Source of the DNA: Trichosphaerium sp. ATCC 40318
Taxonomy: Eukaryota; Protista; Tubulinea
Direction: 5' to 3'
Length of the DNA: 64,000 bases
NCBI GenBank assembly: GCA_038496445.1
Contig: JALMLS010000299.1
Location: 1 to 64,000 of the forward strand
The notes beneath the pieces were generated by a model. It was not told the DNA's origin. It made no database searches and was given only the letters and a program-made list of their open reading frames with translations. Made by a program: the position numbers and the translations under genes. Positions 1-10,739 of the stretch are shown one piece after another (position 1 is the stretch's first letter; the number at the start of each line of letters is the position of its first letter).

Positions 1-460
1 TAAATTTTTATTGGATTATATGCTTTAAACACATACAAATACTTAAAATACTTGCTGAGCCAAAAATTTGGCATGATTGAGCTAGATATAAGGCATTGCC
101 TTGTATTTGCCTTTTACATAGAACAAAAACTATACATTTGTGAATGAAAATGCCTTGTTGATTTTCAGCTCTGAGCGAGATAAAAAGATTTCACATAAAA
201 AAAAGCTGATATAATATAATGCAGGTGTAAATGTATGGAAGTAAGAAAAAACACAAGTCTTGAGTTCAAAACATCTTTTACTACATTGGTAATCCTTTTA
301 AAAAAAATCAAAAAACAAAAGCTGTTAGCTTTCATTTTTTACTTAACCTTGGTGTGGCTTATATAAAAACAAACGGCAAAAAGATAAAAAATTACATCTC
401 AGCACATGGAGATGAAAAAGGAGAAGAATGAATAACACTGAAGATTTCTGAATACAATTT

Positions 461-858
461 AGTCGGGCCTCTGCCTCAGCAGGTCGTCGCACCCGAAGGC
501 TTGAGCGACTCCCTAGCTTACAACAGTAAATGCCCTAAGACCCTGTTCGAGTTCCCGTGGTTTACGGGGCCCCTGCGGGCGTTTGCTAAGACGTGCTACT
601 TGTGCCATAGTGTAGAACCTTTGCGGGCCGAAGCCTTTCGTTCGAGGAGGCGCAGCAACGACAATGTCGCCGCGCGGCTCTTGGCGGCTGGGTTTCCGAC
701 TTTAGAGGCCTTCAGCCGTACTCCCAATGGCGTGGCTTCGCGAACCGCCCTCTCGGACGTCCGCGGACACTAGAGGCCACCGATGCCCGTTCCTCTCGTA
801 CTGAGGCATCGCTACCGACGACGCGCATGTTAATAAAATAGGCCCACCAGTAGGGTAA

Positions 859-902
<44 letters not shown>

Positions 903-1619
903 GTAAGTGGGTGAACAATCCAACCCTTGGAGCATTCTGCTACACCTGGATAGGAAGAGCCGACATCGAAGAATCAAAAAGTCGCGTCGCTCTGAGCGCT
1001 TGGCGACCACAAGCCAGTTATCCCTATGGTAATTTTTCTGTCACCCCAGTGTCAGGTTACATGACTAGTCACGAGGGATCTCTAGGCCTCCCGTTAGGGT
1101 GCAAGAGCGATGGCTCCACTCTTGCTCAAGGGGGCTTTTAGCCTTGGCCTCTACGTGGGGTTTCTGTCCCCACTGAGCTCCCCTTAGGTCATCCGTGTTA
1201 CCCTATAGCGGATGTGCCGCCCCAGCCAAACTCCCGGCCACGCGCTGTCCGCCTTAATGCTTGTCAAAGTCCCGAAATCGGAAGGTAATCCGCACTTTCG
1301 ATTGGGCCCGCCTCATCCTAAGGACCGACTTGTATGGTTCGAGCAGCGCCACGTCCTCCGAAGAGGCAGGCGCTTTCGCCCGTTTTGAATGCGTCTGGGG
1401 CCCGACCTCCGGAGTAGAAGTGTTACACCTTTCGTAAAAAACTACTTCCTACCCTATACCTCCAGTGCCAAGCCCCTAAGCGTGGTGAGAGTCAAACTCA
1501 ACAGGGTCTTCTTTCCCCGCTGGTAGAAAAGTCGCCCGTTCGCGACTCTGTGGTTTCGCCACGGTCGGCGTAGGGACAGCGAGAACCTCATTCATCCATT
1601 CATGCGCGTCATTAGTTAC

Positions 1620-1669
<50 letters not shown>

Positions 1670-4283
1670 AACCCGTGCTTGGGTGAAATTAAGCACCGCA
1701 ACTTTCAAAGCACTGGGCAGGAGTCACCCTTTGTCAGACCTCAGAGGAGGTATCAAAGGGCTAAGTTTTAAGTAAACAGTTGGGTTCTCTAAGCTTCTGA
1801 GAGTTCCGCCATGATCCGCTTGTGGACCTCTTTGCAGGGACTGTGCACCGTTCCCGAAGGGGCTACACTGAAGTAGCGCAGATGCACGTCGTCCCGGGTC
1901 CCGGTCAGCAGAGCCAGCCCTTTTCCCGAAGTTACGGGCCGCGTATGCCGACTTCCCTTACGCCGTTTACACCGTGCAGCGCCAGAGGTGACTAACCTAG
2001 GGGACCTGATGCGGTTTTCGGTACGGTATGAGCCTGGAGGACACTGAACACCCGAAAGTGTCGGCTTCGGAGAGGAGCAGCCTCGTGAGAACGAGCTCAC
2101 CAACACCCCTAGAAAGCAAAAGTGCTTTCCCATTAGCTACCCTCGACTCTTTCCCTTCGCCGCTTTACGTGGCTCCGGGGAGTTTCCCTCGAATAGCTTA
2201 GGCGCGGGAGAAGGCCCCGCAGAAGTGTGGTTGCTCGCGTGCGCTCTCTCTCTCAGTGTTGCCACTTCTAAAGCAAATGCATCCTCCTTACCCATGCCCT
2301 GGATTACTCACCAGGTTGCCTTTCGCCGAGTTGAAAGCATCGCAGACTTCCACCAGTCTTCAGAACAGTAAAGTTCATCTGAACAAGTGTCGTCTGCCAG
2401 CATCAAACAGTATACTCTATTAGGAGCTGGCTTAGGACCGGCTAACTCGCAGCTGAATGCCATCACCGCGAAACCCTTCCCCACTTGGGCGACCTGGCTG
2501 TGATAAACACTGTTTCACCAGGCTCCAATTGCTACTACCACCAAGATCATCACTGCTGGTGGCTCCGGGTGGACGCCACCGCCCCCCTTCTACGCCACCA
2601 GCACGCCGTCCTACCGCACCCTGGGCCGAGCCGGGGCGATCGCGCAGCGGCGGCTAAGGCAGTTTAGCGCCATCCATTTTCGGCGCGTCCCAATTCGGCT
2701 GGTGAGAAGTTACTCACTCCTTAGAGGATGACGACTTCCATGTCCACCTTCCAGCTGTCTAAACTGGAACACCGCCTTCGTTGTCTTGGTTACTGCCTAT
2801 TCGGGCGCCTTTGCTGCTGCTCGCGTTTAAAACCGTCTCGTCAGTCCTGCTTATCAAGACCGGCCCAATAGGGGTCCACCGTCTCGGTGACCACAGCCAT
2901 TCGGCCTGTGGTCGGTCGCCTCTTATGTGTTTGATAATAGGTCGATGGCAACTTTGGCCTCCGATACCTCTTTCCAGTGGCTCTACGAGACGAGACCGGC
3001 GTCACGGACCCCCTCTATCCTTAGGGATACTTCGAACGGTACCAGCTACGTTGGCAGCTCGTTTGGTCTCTCGCCCCTATACCCAATGTCCGGCGAGCGA
3101 TTTGCACGTCAGCAACGCTACGGGCGTCCAGCGGGATTTCTCCCGCCTTCCCCCTTTTCGGGTATAGATCGCTACCTTTCGGGTATCGCCCAACGTACTA
3201 TCGCCTGCCAAGAGAACAACGCCGGAGATGGCAAAGTGTATCTACTTTGGTATGACGTGTTTTTAATTACTTGCGTAACATAAAAACATGATAATAGCAT
3301 AGTCGGTTTTTTATGTCGATCTTTGCAAACTTATACATGTAATGTAATACGTTTGTTTTTTTATAAAGAACTTGACGGCCTAGGAGCTTATCCTTGGCTT
3401 CATTTCTGTGCGGGTTGGAGGTTTGATCTCTCACCCTCGCACGCTCGGCGAACTCCTTGATCCGTGTTTCAAGACGGGATACACGGAGGCCATGGCCCAA
3501 TAAGGGCATAGAGCCTCATTGAGGTTGTGGACGATGAATGACGAGCTTCGTTCCTTTCGGAAGAAGACGTACATTCGGAGGTTCCAGTAATTTCAGTGAA
3601 CCAACGCCATTTAAAGGTTTAAAGTGCTTTTTGATGCCCTTTCAACCAAACCCACGTTTTTATGCTTTTCAGCTTGTAGGATGGTGTGGACAGCACGATT
3701 AGCCAGTATGACTTTTTTGTGTTAGTCACTTCTATGTTACCTTCCCCTCGACGTTTTGTTTCATTATAATCTTCCAGGGCACAAGGCCCCGGTCGCTTTT
3801 CCCTCGCTACAAGAGCGTCTGCCATGTGCAGATTAGGTGCAGGGCACCTACGTACTCCGTGCCATTTGTACCCTTGCCGGCTTCGGGTCTTTTAACCCTC
3901 TATCGAGGAGTGCTGTTTCAGTCTTCCCTCACGGTACTGGTGCGCTATCGGCCACCTCCCGATACTTAGCCTTGCCGGGTAACCTCCCGGTAACTTCGTA
4001 TGGCACGGCCAAACCATACTACTCCTGGACGATGGGACTCTATTTCCTCGGTTGACAGCGTACGGGGCTCGCACCCTCTACGGCTACGACTCGTGCGTAA
4101 TTCCCGTCAACGTCTGGAAGAGCCACCACGCCTTAGCCCACAACTCCGATGCTAGGCTCGGATTCAGGCTTGAGCTTGTCCCCTTTCGCTCGCCGCTACT
4201 CAGGGAGTCCCTTTTGGTTTCCTTTCCTCTGCCCCAATGATATGCTTAACTTAGGCAGGTCGCCAAGTGTAACTCAGGACGCA
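461..4283 (-). rRNA. LSU (28S-like) rRNA, divergent, ~3.8 kb
   Basis: Minus strand shows the sarcin-ricin loop CTCAGTACGAGAGGAAC (~789-805), PTC motifs GTCGTGAGACAGG and TTCGATGTCGGCTCTTCCTATC, ACCCGAAAGGT, CCGTCTTGAAACACGGA, and 5' GTTAAGCATATC...GAGGAAAGGAAACCAA; ends approximate. Confidence 0.97.
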
Positions 4284-4480
4284 AGTTGTGTTTTTTTATG
4301 CTTTCAGTATGTAGAACCAACCTTCCCTCTAAAGCTTCGCTTAAGTAAGCTAGGCATGAGTTCTGGAGGAACATCACTTCCGGCAATTTATTTAATTAGT
4401 TGTGGCAACCACTTTCTTTTTTAGAAGATTAAGTGTGTACACCATACGCAGCACCAAATAAATTTAGTGTTTGTTTTGCT
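4284..4480 (-). other. ITS2
   Basis: AT-rich spacer between 5.8S and LSU. Confidence 0.75.
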
Positions 4481-4645
4481 GGCGTCGCTGAGTCACGCTC
4501 CTTTGCCTGTGATTCGTGAGAATACAGAACGCGGCCTGAGGCATTCGGCAATGCCACCTTCAGATGAGAGCGATTCCGGTGGCTGGTTTCATAGTGATCC
4601 ATGGCCTTCTTCGGGGGAGGTGCCTAACCGTTCACCGACAAGGTT
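4481..4645 (-). rRNA. 5.8S rRNA, very divergent
   Basis: GC-rich island between two AT-rich spacers; 5' AACCTTGTCGGTGAACGG...CGAAGAAGG; its 3' end GTGACTCAGCGACGC pairs with the LSU 5' end GCGTCCTGAGTTAC, as expected for the 5.8S/28S helix. Confidence 0.8.
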
Positions 4646-4880
4646 TGGTTTCTTTCGAAAATCTTGACGTTCTTTATAGTCGTGCCACGACTGTGTTTTT
4701 GGTTTGCCAAAATGGCGGTTGTGGAGCTGGCAGATATACAAGATATCACCACAGTAGAGGAGACTATATCTTCACTTACCGAAGTAAGATTGGACTTGCC
4801 AGACCAAAACTGATACTCCAATTTCTTTTAAACTTGGTTAAAAGTTGGTTTAATTGCTTCTAAGGGTTAAATACCAATAG
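4646..4880 (-). other. ITS1
   Basis: AT-rich spacer between the SSU 3' end and 5.8S. Confidence 0.75.
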
Positions 4881-7529
4881 TATTGATCCTTCAGCAGGTT
4901 CACCTACTGAAACCTTGTTACGACTTCATCATCCTTTATGAGCGCAAGTTCGAGCAGGTTCGATAACCGGCAAGCCGGTCGTCCCCCCTGGTCTCACTCG
5001 CACCCACATCGGTCGATGCGACGGGCGGTGTGTACAAGCAACAGGGACAGATTCCAGGTGCGTTGATGACACACCTGTACGAGGCATTCCGCGTTCGTGG
5101 CTACAGTTACAGCAACCAGTCCCTAAGCACGCATGTGTCTTTTCGGAGAAGCAGCATTGAGCACACTTAACATCCAAATCGACCACACGGTGCGCTTTCA
5201 TGTATTTTTTTATGAACATTGCAGAAACTTACTTCATAATAAAGTTTGCCTTGGTAAAGATATAATCTTCCAAGTCAAAGCATTTAAGTGAAGAAGAAAC
5301 CTTATTTGTTAATTTGAAACGATCCACAGCTCTTTCAATGTTTACACTAAGGAACAAGTCCAAAGATGTAAGTTTTCATCTAACAGCGCTTCTCATCTTA
5401 ACATTAAAGGAATTTAACTTCCTAAAAAGCCTCGACGAGGGGGTTAACTCTTTATATTAGGTTCAGGACAGACTTTGTTTTGAAGGTGGTAGTTTCCGAA
5501 GGTGCGTTTAAGTGTAGTCGTATTTAGATAATTAAATCTGAGGTTTAACTCGCTGTCGTGAAGAAGTGTTCTGGCGGTTTCAGGGCTTGCCCGGATGCCT
5601 GTTCGGCCCAGGAACCCGTTGAACTAAGCAGTGTAGGCCGCGTGCGGCCCGGAATATCTGGGGGCATCCCGGATCTGTTATAGCCGCCGCTTCTTACGAC
5701 TTTTCGCCGTCAGTCCTGCACAGGGGTCCCGCACGAGGCGGGGGAATCAATGTGACAGTAGCGATCTCGCCCGTTATCGGAATAAACCTGACAGATAAGT
5801 CCACGAGCCTAAAACGACCATGCACCACCGTTAGCTAACTCGGAAAAGACCCTTCAGTCTGTTCGTCCCCTTAGAGCGTCCGATCCCGGTAAGTTGTCGC
5901 GCGTTGAGTCAAATTGAGCCGCAGCCTCCAGAGCCTGGTGGTGTTGCTCCGTCAATGCCTTTAAGTTTCAGCCTTGCGACCATACTTCCCCCCTGGGCCC
6001 GATTACTTCGGTTTCCCGTGGGAACGGGCCCCGAGCCTTGGTTTGCCCGGCGCCCATTCAGTCGGCATCGTTTACTGTGGAGACTACACGGGTCTCTAAT
6101 CCGCTTCGCTCCCTCCACCATCGTTCTAGATCACCGGCCACGCCCTTGCAGAGCGCCTTCGCTTCGGGTAGTTTGGATCAGGTCAAAAGATTTCACTCCT
6201 CGCTGATACCACACTCTCTACCCCGTACGCACCTAGTAATCGTGTGTTCTTTATTAGTGTGAAGACTAACTCAAGTTTTCCCTCAAAGTACTTTTGTAAT
6301 TCACAATGTTTTTATTCCCTTAATGAAGAACATAAGTTTTCACTCAGACTTGCATTTCAGGATATTGTTCATACTTAGTAAAATGAGACTTGAGCGTCGC
6401 ACTTGGTAAAGTGTTGTTTTTGTTTTTTTTAAAGCCCAATTCCAGGATGCTGGTGGGTGGCATAGCGGCCGAAGCCTAAACTGACCTTGCGTTTGAGCGA
6501 AGCCATTTATGCCTGGTCGGGCGATGAAAAAGAGTCGGGGGGTTTGTTCAAAGAGTAAATTCTTATCTAAACCTTGTCCCTCTCAGCTGTGTCGTTGTTT
6601 GGACTGCGAGCGCTTTAACAGCAACAGCAAAAGTATAAGCTTTCGGAGTGGGTGTTACCGCGGGTGCTGGCACCCAACTTGTCCTCCAATAGTTTCTCAG
6701 GGCGACATTCAGTTGCCCCTCATTGCGACGACCGGTTTAAATGCCGGCCTCGTTACACTCAGTCGCTGGCTCGATTTGCAATCAATGGCCAAGTTACGCG
6801 CCTGCTGTTACCCGTAAGTACAGGGGCCGTATCTAATGCCCCTTCTCCGGGAACCGAACCCTAGTTCCCCGTTACCCGTCACTGCCGCGGTAGGCCGTTA
6901 CCCTACCGCCTGGCTGATAGGTCGGCCGCCCTTCCGACTCGTGGAGGGGGAGAACTCTCAACTTTATATCGATATGATCTTTTTTATGAAAAAGCACATT
7001 CAGCGAAGGATCGAGATTTGAACAATGTTCATTTTTCTTTCACCTAGTTTCACTTATGTAAACTTTAACATTTTTTTTAGAAACATGTCTAGTCAGAGAG
7101 AACTCCTCATAACTCCATCGCATGCCCCAACGCCGCTCTTCCCGACGGAGTACGGACGCCGCTTCCTAAGGGGAGGCTGCTTCCCTTGGCGAACCAAGAT
7201 GGGATCGGGTGATCGTCCGCTCCTGAGCGTTGGATGCGACCGATGGGTCCTTGCAGCAGAGGGGCCCATCGGCAGCGCTAGGCGCATTACGTATTAGCCG
7301 CAGGTTTCCTTTAATCCCGGTTATCCGCGGGGGAGGCCACGAGTTTTGGTTATAGTGCGTTTAGGAAACAAGTTCCTGTGTGCAAAATGACGTGACCATT
7401 ATTAGTCTTGTCGGGTGGGTTACGACCGTTTTAAGGAGCCGTTTGCGGCTCCGAGGATACCTCTTTGCTGAGCTTGCATGGCTTAATCCTTCGAGAAAGC
7501 TTATCACTCCTGGCAGGCTCAACCAGGTA
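4881..7529 (-). rRNA. SSU (18S-like) rRNA, ~2.65 kb with large expansions
   Basis: 5' TACCTGGTTGAGCCTGCCAG, 530 loop GTGCCAGCACCCGCGGTAA, AAACTTAAAGGCATTGACGG, GTACACACCGCCCGTC, 3' AAGTCGTAACAAGGTTTCAGTAGGTGAACCTGCTGAAGGATCA. Confidence 0.98.
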
Positions 7530-7970
7530 CCTTTTGCATCAGAGTTTTTAAAGCAGATAGCTGCATTTAAAATAAATTCTCATCAGACCAAAGGTGGTTG
7601 AGGTTTTTAGGTGGTTTTTTGAAGAATGAACTTCATAAGAAACCATTCAATCTTTATTCCTATTCTCTTTCAAGGAGGATGTAAGATGAAGGTCTTTTTG
7701 ATGAACATCACAAATACCTGGTGCCGGACAACACCAGCCTTTCTTGTTGGAGAAGAAGCTGATGTGTCTTGGTTATGGTTTTTATGGCAAGAGATGCTCA
7801 TAGAGCACATTGCCACAACAGCATAGGGTTGTGTCTTTTTATGGACTACTTTTCTTGATGAGTCATGCTTATTTTTTACTGAGTAGCCCTTTAGGCATCG
7901 TCGGTAATAGCTTGCAACTGCATCATTTTTTATACACTCTTTTATTTTCTTTTGATTTTCTTTACTATTC

Positions 7971-8121
7971 AAGTACTTGAACTGTGTCTTTCCTTGATAA
8001 GCTTCAACTTGTAACTACTTGAGCTACACTTGGGTTTACTTATGTACTTGGCTTGTGTGCCTTTCCATCAATTTACCCTATACATCTTTTTAAACCCAAG
8101 TACTTGATAACTTGTCTTTCC
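7971..8121. repeat. Three degenerate direct repeats (AAGTACTTG...TGTCTTTCC) in the rDNA upstream spacer
   Basis: aagtacttgaactgtgtctttcc (7971), atgtacttggcttgtgtgcctttcc (8042), aagtacttgataacttgtctttcc (8098). Confidence 0.65.
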
Positions 8122-8240
8122 ATTAGGGTTTCTTAGGATGTGGCGCCTTTACAGTCTTTTTATGAACTAGTTGGAACACTTTGATTCCTTTCATCCACTC
8201 AAAGCATACACTTTGGACTGCAGGCTTGTATGAACTTACA

Positions 8241-9037
8241 TCTCTCGATTAGCATTTCTACACCTCCTTAAGAGGAAGTGTTATAATGTTAGAAGAGAGA
8301 CTAAGTCAGCTCATTTACATGATCTAGAACTCGATTGGCATTTCTACACACAATGGTGTTATAATGTCAGAAGAGAACCAAAGTCATGCTTTGTTTGATG
8401 GGTTTTTGTTGCCCACTGAGGGCTTCAAATACACACATCTTTTTAAGTACCGGCGATGTGACTTGCACATCATCAGTAACTATGGTGTTTTTTACATAGC
8501 TCAGTACTCGATTAGCGTTTCTACACCTTTTTTTTTCCTTTCGGAGGTAGTGTTATAACGTTAGAAGAGAACAATAGAGCCAATGCTTATGTTGTTGCCC
8601 ACTGAGGGCATCAACTACAACTACTACAATCGTTGTTCACTATGGAACTTCAACTGACATTGTTAGTGTACTCGATTGCTCAAGCACTCTTTAGATAGGT
8701 TAATGCTAACTACTTGAGATTGCATAAACCAATTCTAATGTATGAGATACCTCGATTAACATGGCCACACTACATTGCTGTAATGCATTACTCATGAAAG
8801 AAGAGGTATCTATGTTGTTGTTGTTGTTGTGTGACTTTTTAGAACTTGTTCATCACTCAGATGCACTCGGTTCAGGTCACTTGTTGTAGTAACAAATTAC
8901 TCGATTAGCATTTCTACTTCTCAACTAAAATATGAGATGTTCTAATGCTAGAAGAGCAAAGTTTGCCATTACATAAGTACTCGATTAGCATTTCTACACT
9001 TCAAATGAGTTGTTATAATGCTAGAAGAGAACTATGT
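8241..9037. repeat. Array of >=6 covarying hairpin repeats CTC-GAT-TAGCATT-TCT-AC..[variable loop]..GT-TAT-AATGCTA-GAA-GAG in the 5'ETS/IGS
   Basis: Copies at 8241-8300, 8330-8375, 8507-8569, 8745-8811 (variant), 8900-8956 and 8971-9037, plus a degenerate half at 8671; the arms are reverse-complementary with compensatory changes. Confidence 0.9.
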
Positions 9038-10739
9038 GACATTTGCCTGTTATGGAAGGGGGATGCAAAAAAAGCAAGTTCAAGTAACTACATAACAAAC
9101 ACATTCACCAACGGGCATCGTCATCGATGGATATACTAAGAGGCGAGTTGTAACTCGTCCTTTTCTATCACATAAGAAAAGCTAGAGTAGCCATAGTTGT
9201 GGTGTTGTGTGTTGCGTAGGAACGCGTTGCTGGTTTTGCTTCCATTCCAACTACAAGATGGGGGGGGGGGACATAAAGCAAGAGGTCTTACAGCCATATG
9301 CTCTTAAACGCGCAAAACCCAATTAAACGGTTCTCTCTGCGATAGAAGAATACAGGCTACCCTCTTGCGGAATATGCTTGTGTGTGTGTGTGGAGGTCGT
9401 TTCAGTGCTCTGTAGTTACAGAGTGACACGTTCGCGACACTTTCCAGCCCAATCAAGACACCTGCCTTGTGTAGACAAAGTGTTGCTTGATGGAGAGCCA
9501 AAAGTCGATTACCACTGTGTGGTGGTAGAAGATCAATGGCTCGTTAAGGTCCCTCAGCCGGTGTTGTGGCTACAAATGTGCTGCACGATGGGCGAGTCCC
9601 ATAACCACCGTGCACTCCCTGTGGGCTTTTAGGTCCAGCAATCTTTGCTTGGAGGTTGCGCTTTACCATCTTTTCTGTATCTTACCCGCTGTTGGGTTCA
9701 AAGAAAAAAATGGCGCGTCTGATTACCCTCCTTTTTTTTTTTTTGCGTGGACCTTGCCAAGGGAAGAGAAATGACTTTCTACAGGTGCGCACCACACAAT
9801 TTTTTTTGTAGCTCCTCTTGCAAGGGCGATAATGTCGCCTGTTGCTGGAACTAGCTCTGTGGTGCTAACCCTTAGCCAGCTTCTCTATTTGCGCCGCTTT
9901 AGGCTACACGGTTGCAAGACTGAGTCCCTTTCCCGAAAATATCGAGTTTTCATAGCCCTCACACCGCTTTTGTAACTCTTCTCTCCCTCTCTGACGTCGC
10001 GGCTGATTTAATTATTGGTATTACAAAAAAAAATGTACCGTGTTGGCGCGTTTTGTCTCGCTATGCGCTTTGTCTCGTTTTTTATTGGTGCGCTTACCCT
10101 CCCAAAACCGCCTTAAACTGTTCTCTATCGCCTCAAATCGCGTCTTTCTCTATTTTATCATCGGTACGGTTTTTGTGGATATTTTTGTCACAAAAAAAAA
10201 ACTTTTGGGTCTCAAAATCGCTTTATTTATGGTCTCCTTGCTCCTTACAAAGCCTTTTTGCCCCGATTACCCCTTTATTTCGCCTTTCCTGTCCATCGCG
10301 AATTTGCGTTGACAAAACGTCCACCTCCAAAAAAAAAAACCGGTCAGCAAACAAAAAAGACGCAAACCGATGCGACTTTCTGTGGTGGCTGTGCGTGCGT
10401 CGTTTAGTTTTTTTTGATGTGGATAAAAATAAATGTAAAAAATAACCCTTCCTTTTTCTCTGTGAGGCTCCAACCCAGCCCCTCCGCGCGCACGCCCTCC
10501 CTTTTGATATCTTCCTCCGTTACGTACAACAACAAAAACCCCCCCACACTCCACAATCCAATTCGATGCGCGGCGTCATTGCAACTGTGTAGAGATATGA
10601 AACTTATTTCTGCTTGCACTAAATTTAACTGTTTGGTATAATCAAGCGCTCAATGCTGGTGACGCCTGTTTTTTATTTGTACAATTTACAATAGTTTTTT
10701 ATCTACACTTTTCTTTGCTCAACGCTAACAAAAAGCGCC

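Noticed and set aside
5135-5575. Group I intron or homing endonuclease in the SSU
   Set aside because: The insertion is in a variable region, with no recognisable P7/core motifs and no ORF
501-7601. Numerous ORFs in the ORF track
   Set aside because: Shadow ORFs over rRNA genes
8241-9037. CRISPR array (ATTTCTAC resembles the Cas12a repeat)
   Set aside because: The repeats are long bipartite hairpins with variable interiors and irregular spacing, in a eukaryotic rDNA spacer with no cas genes; the 8-nt match is coincidental
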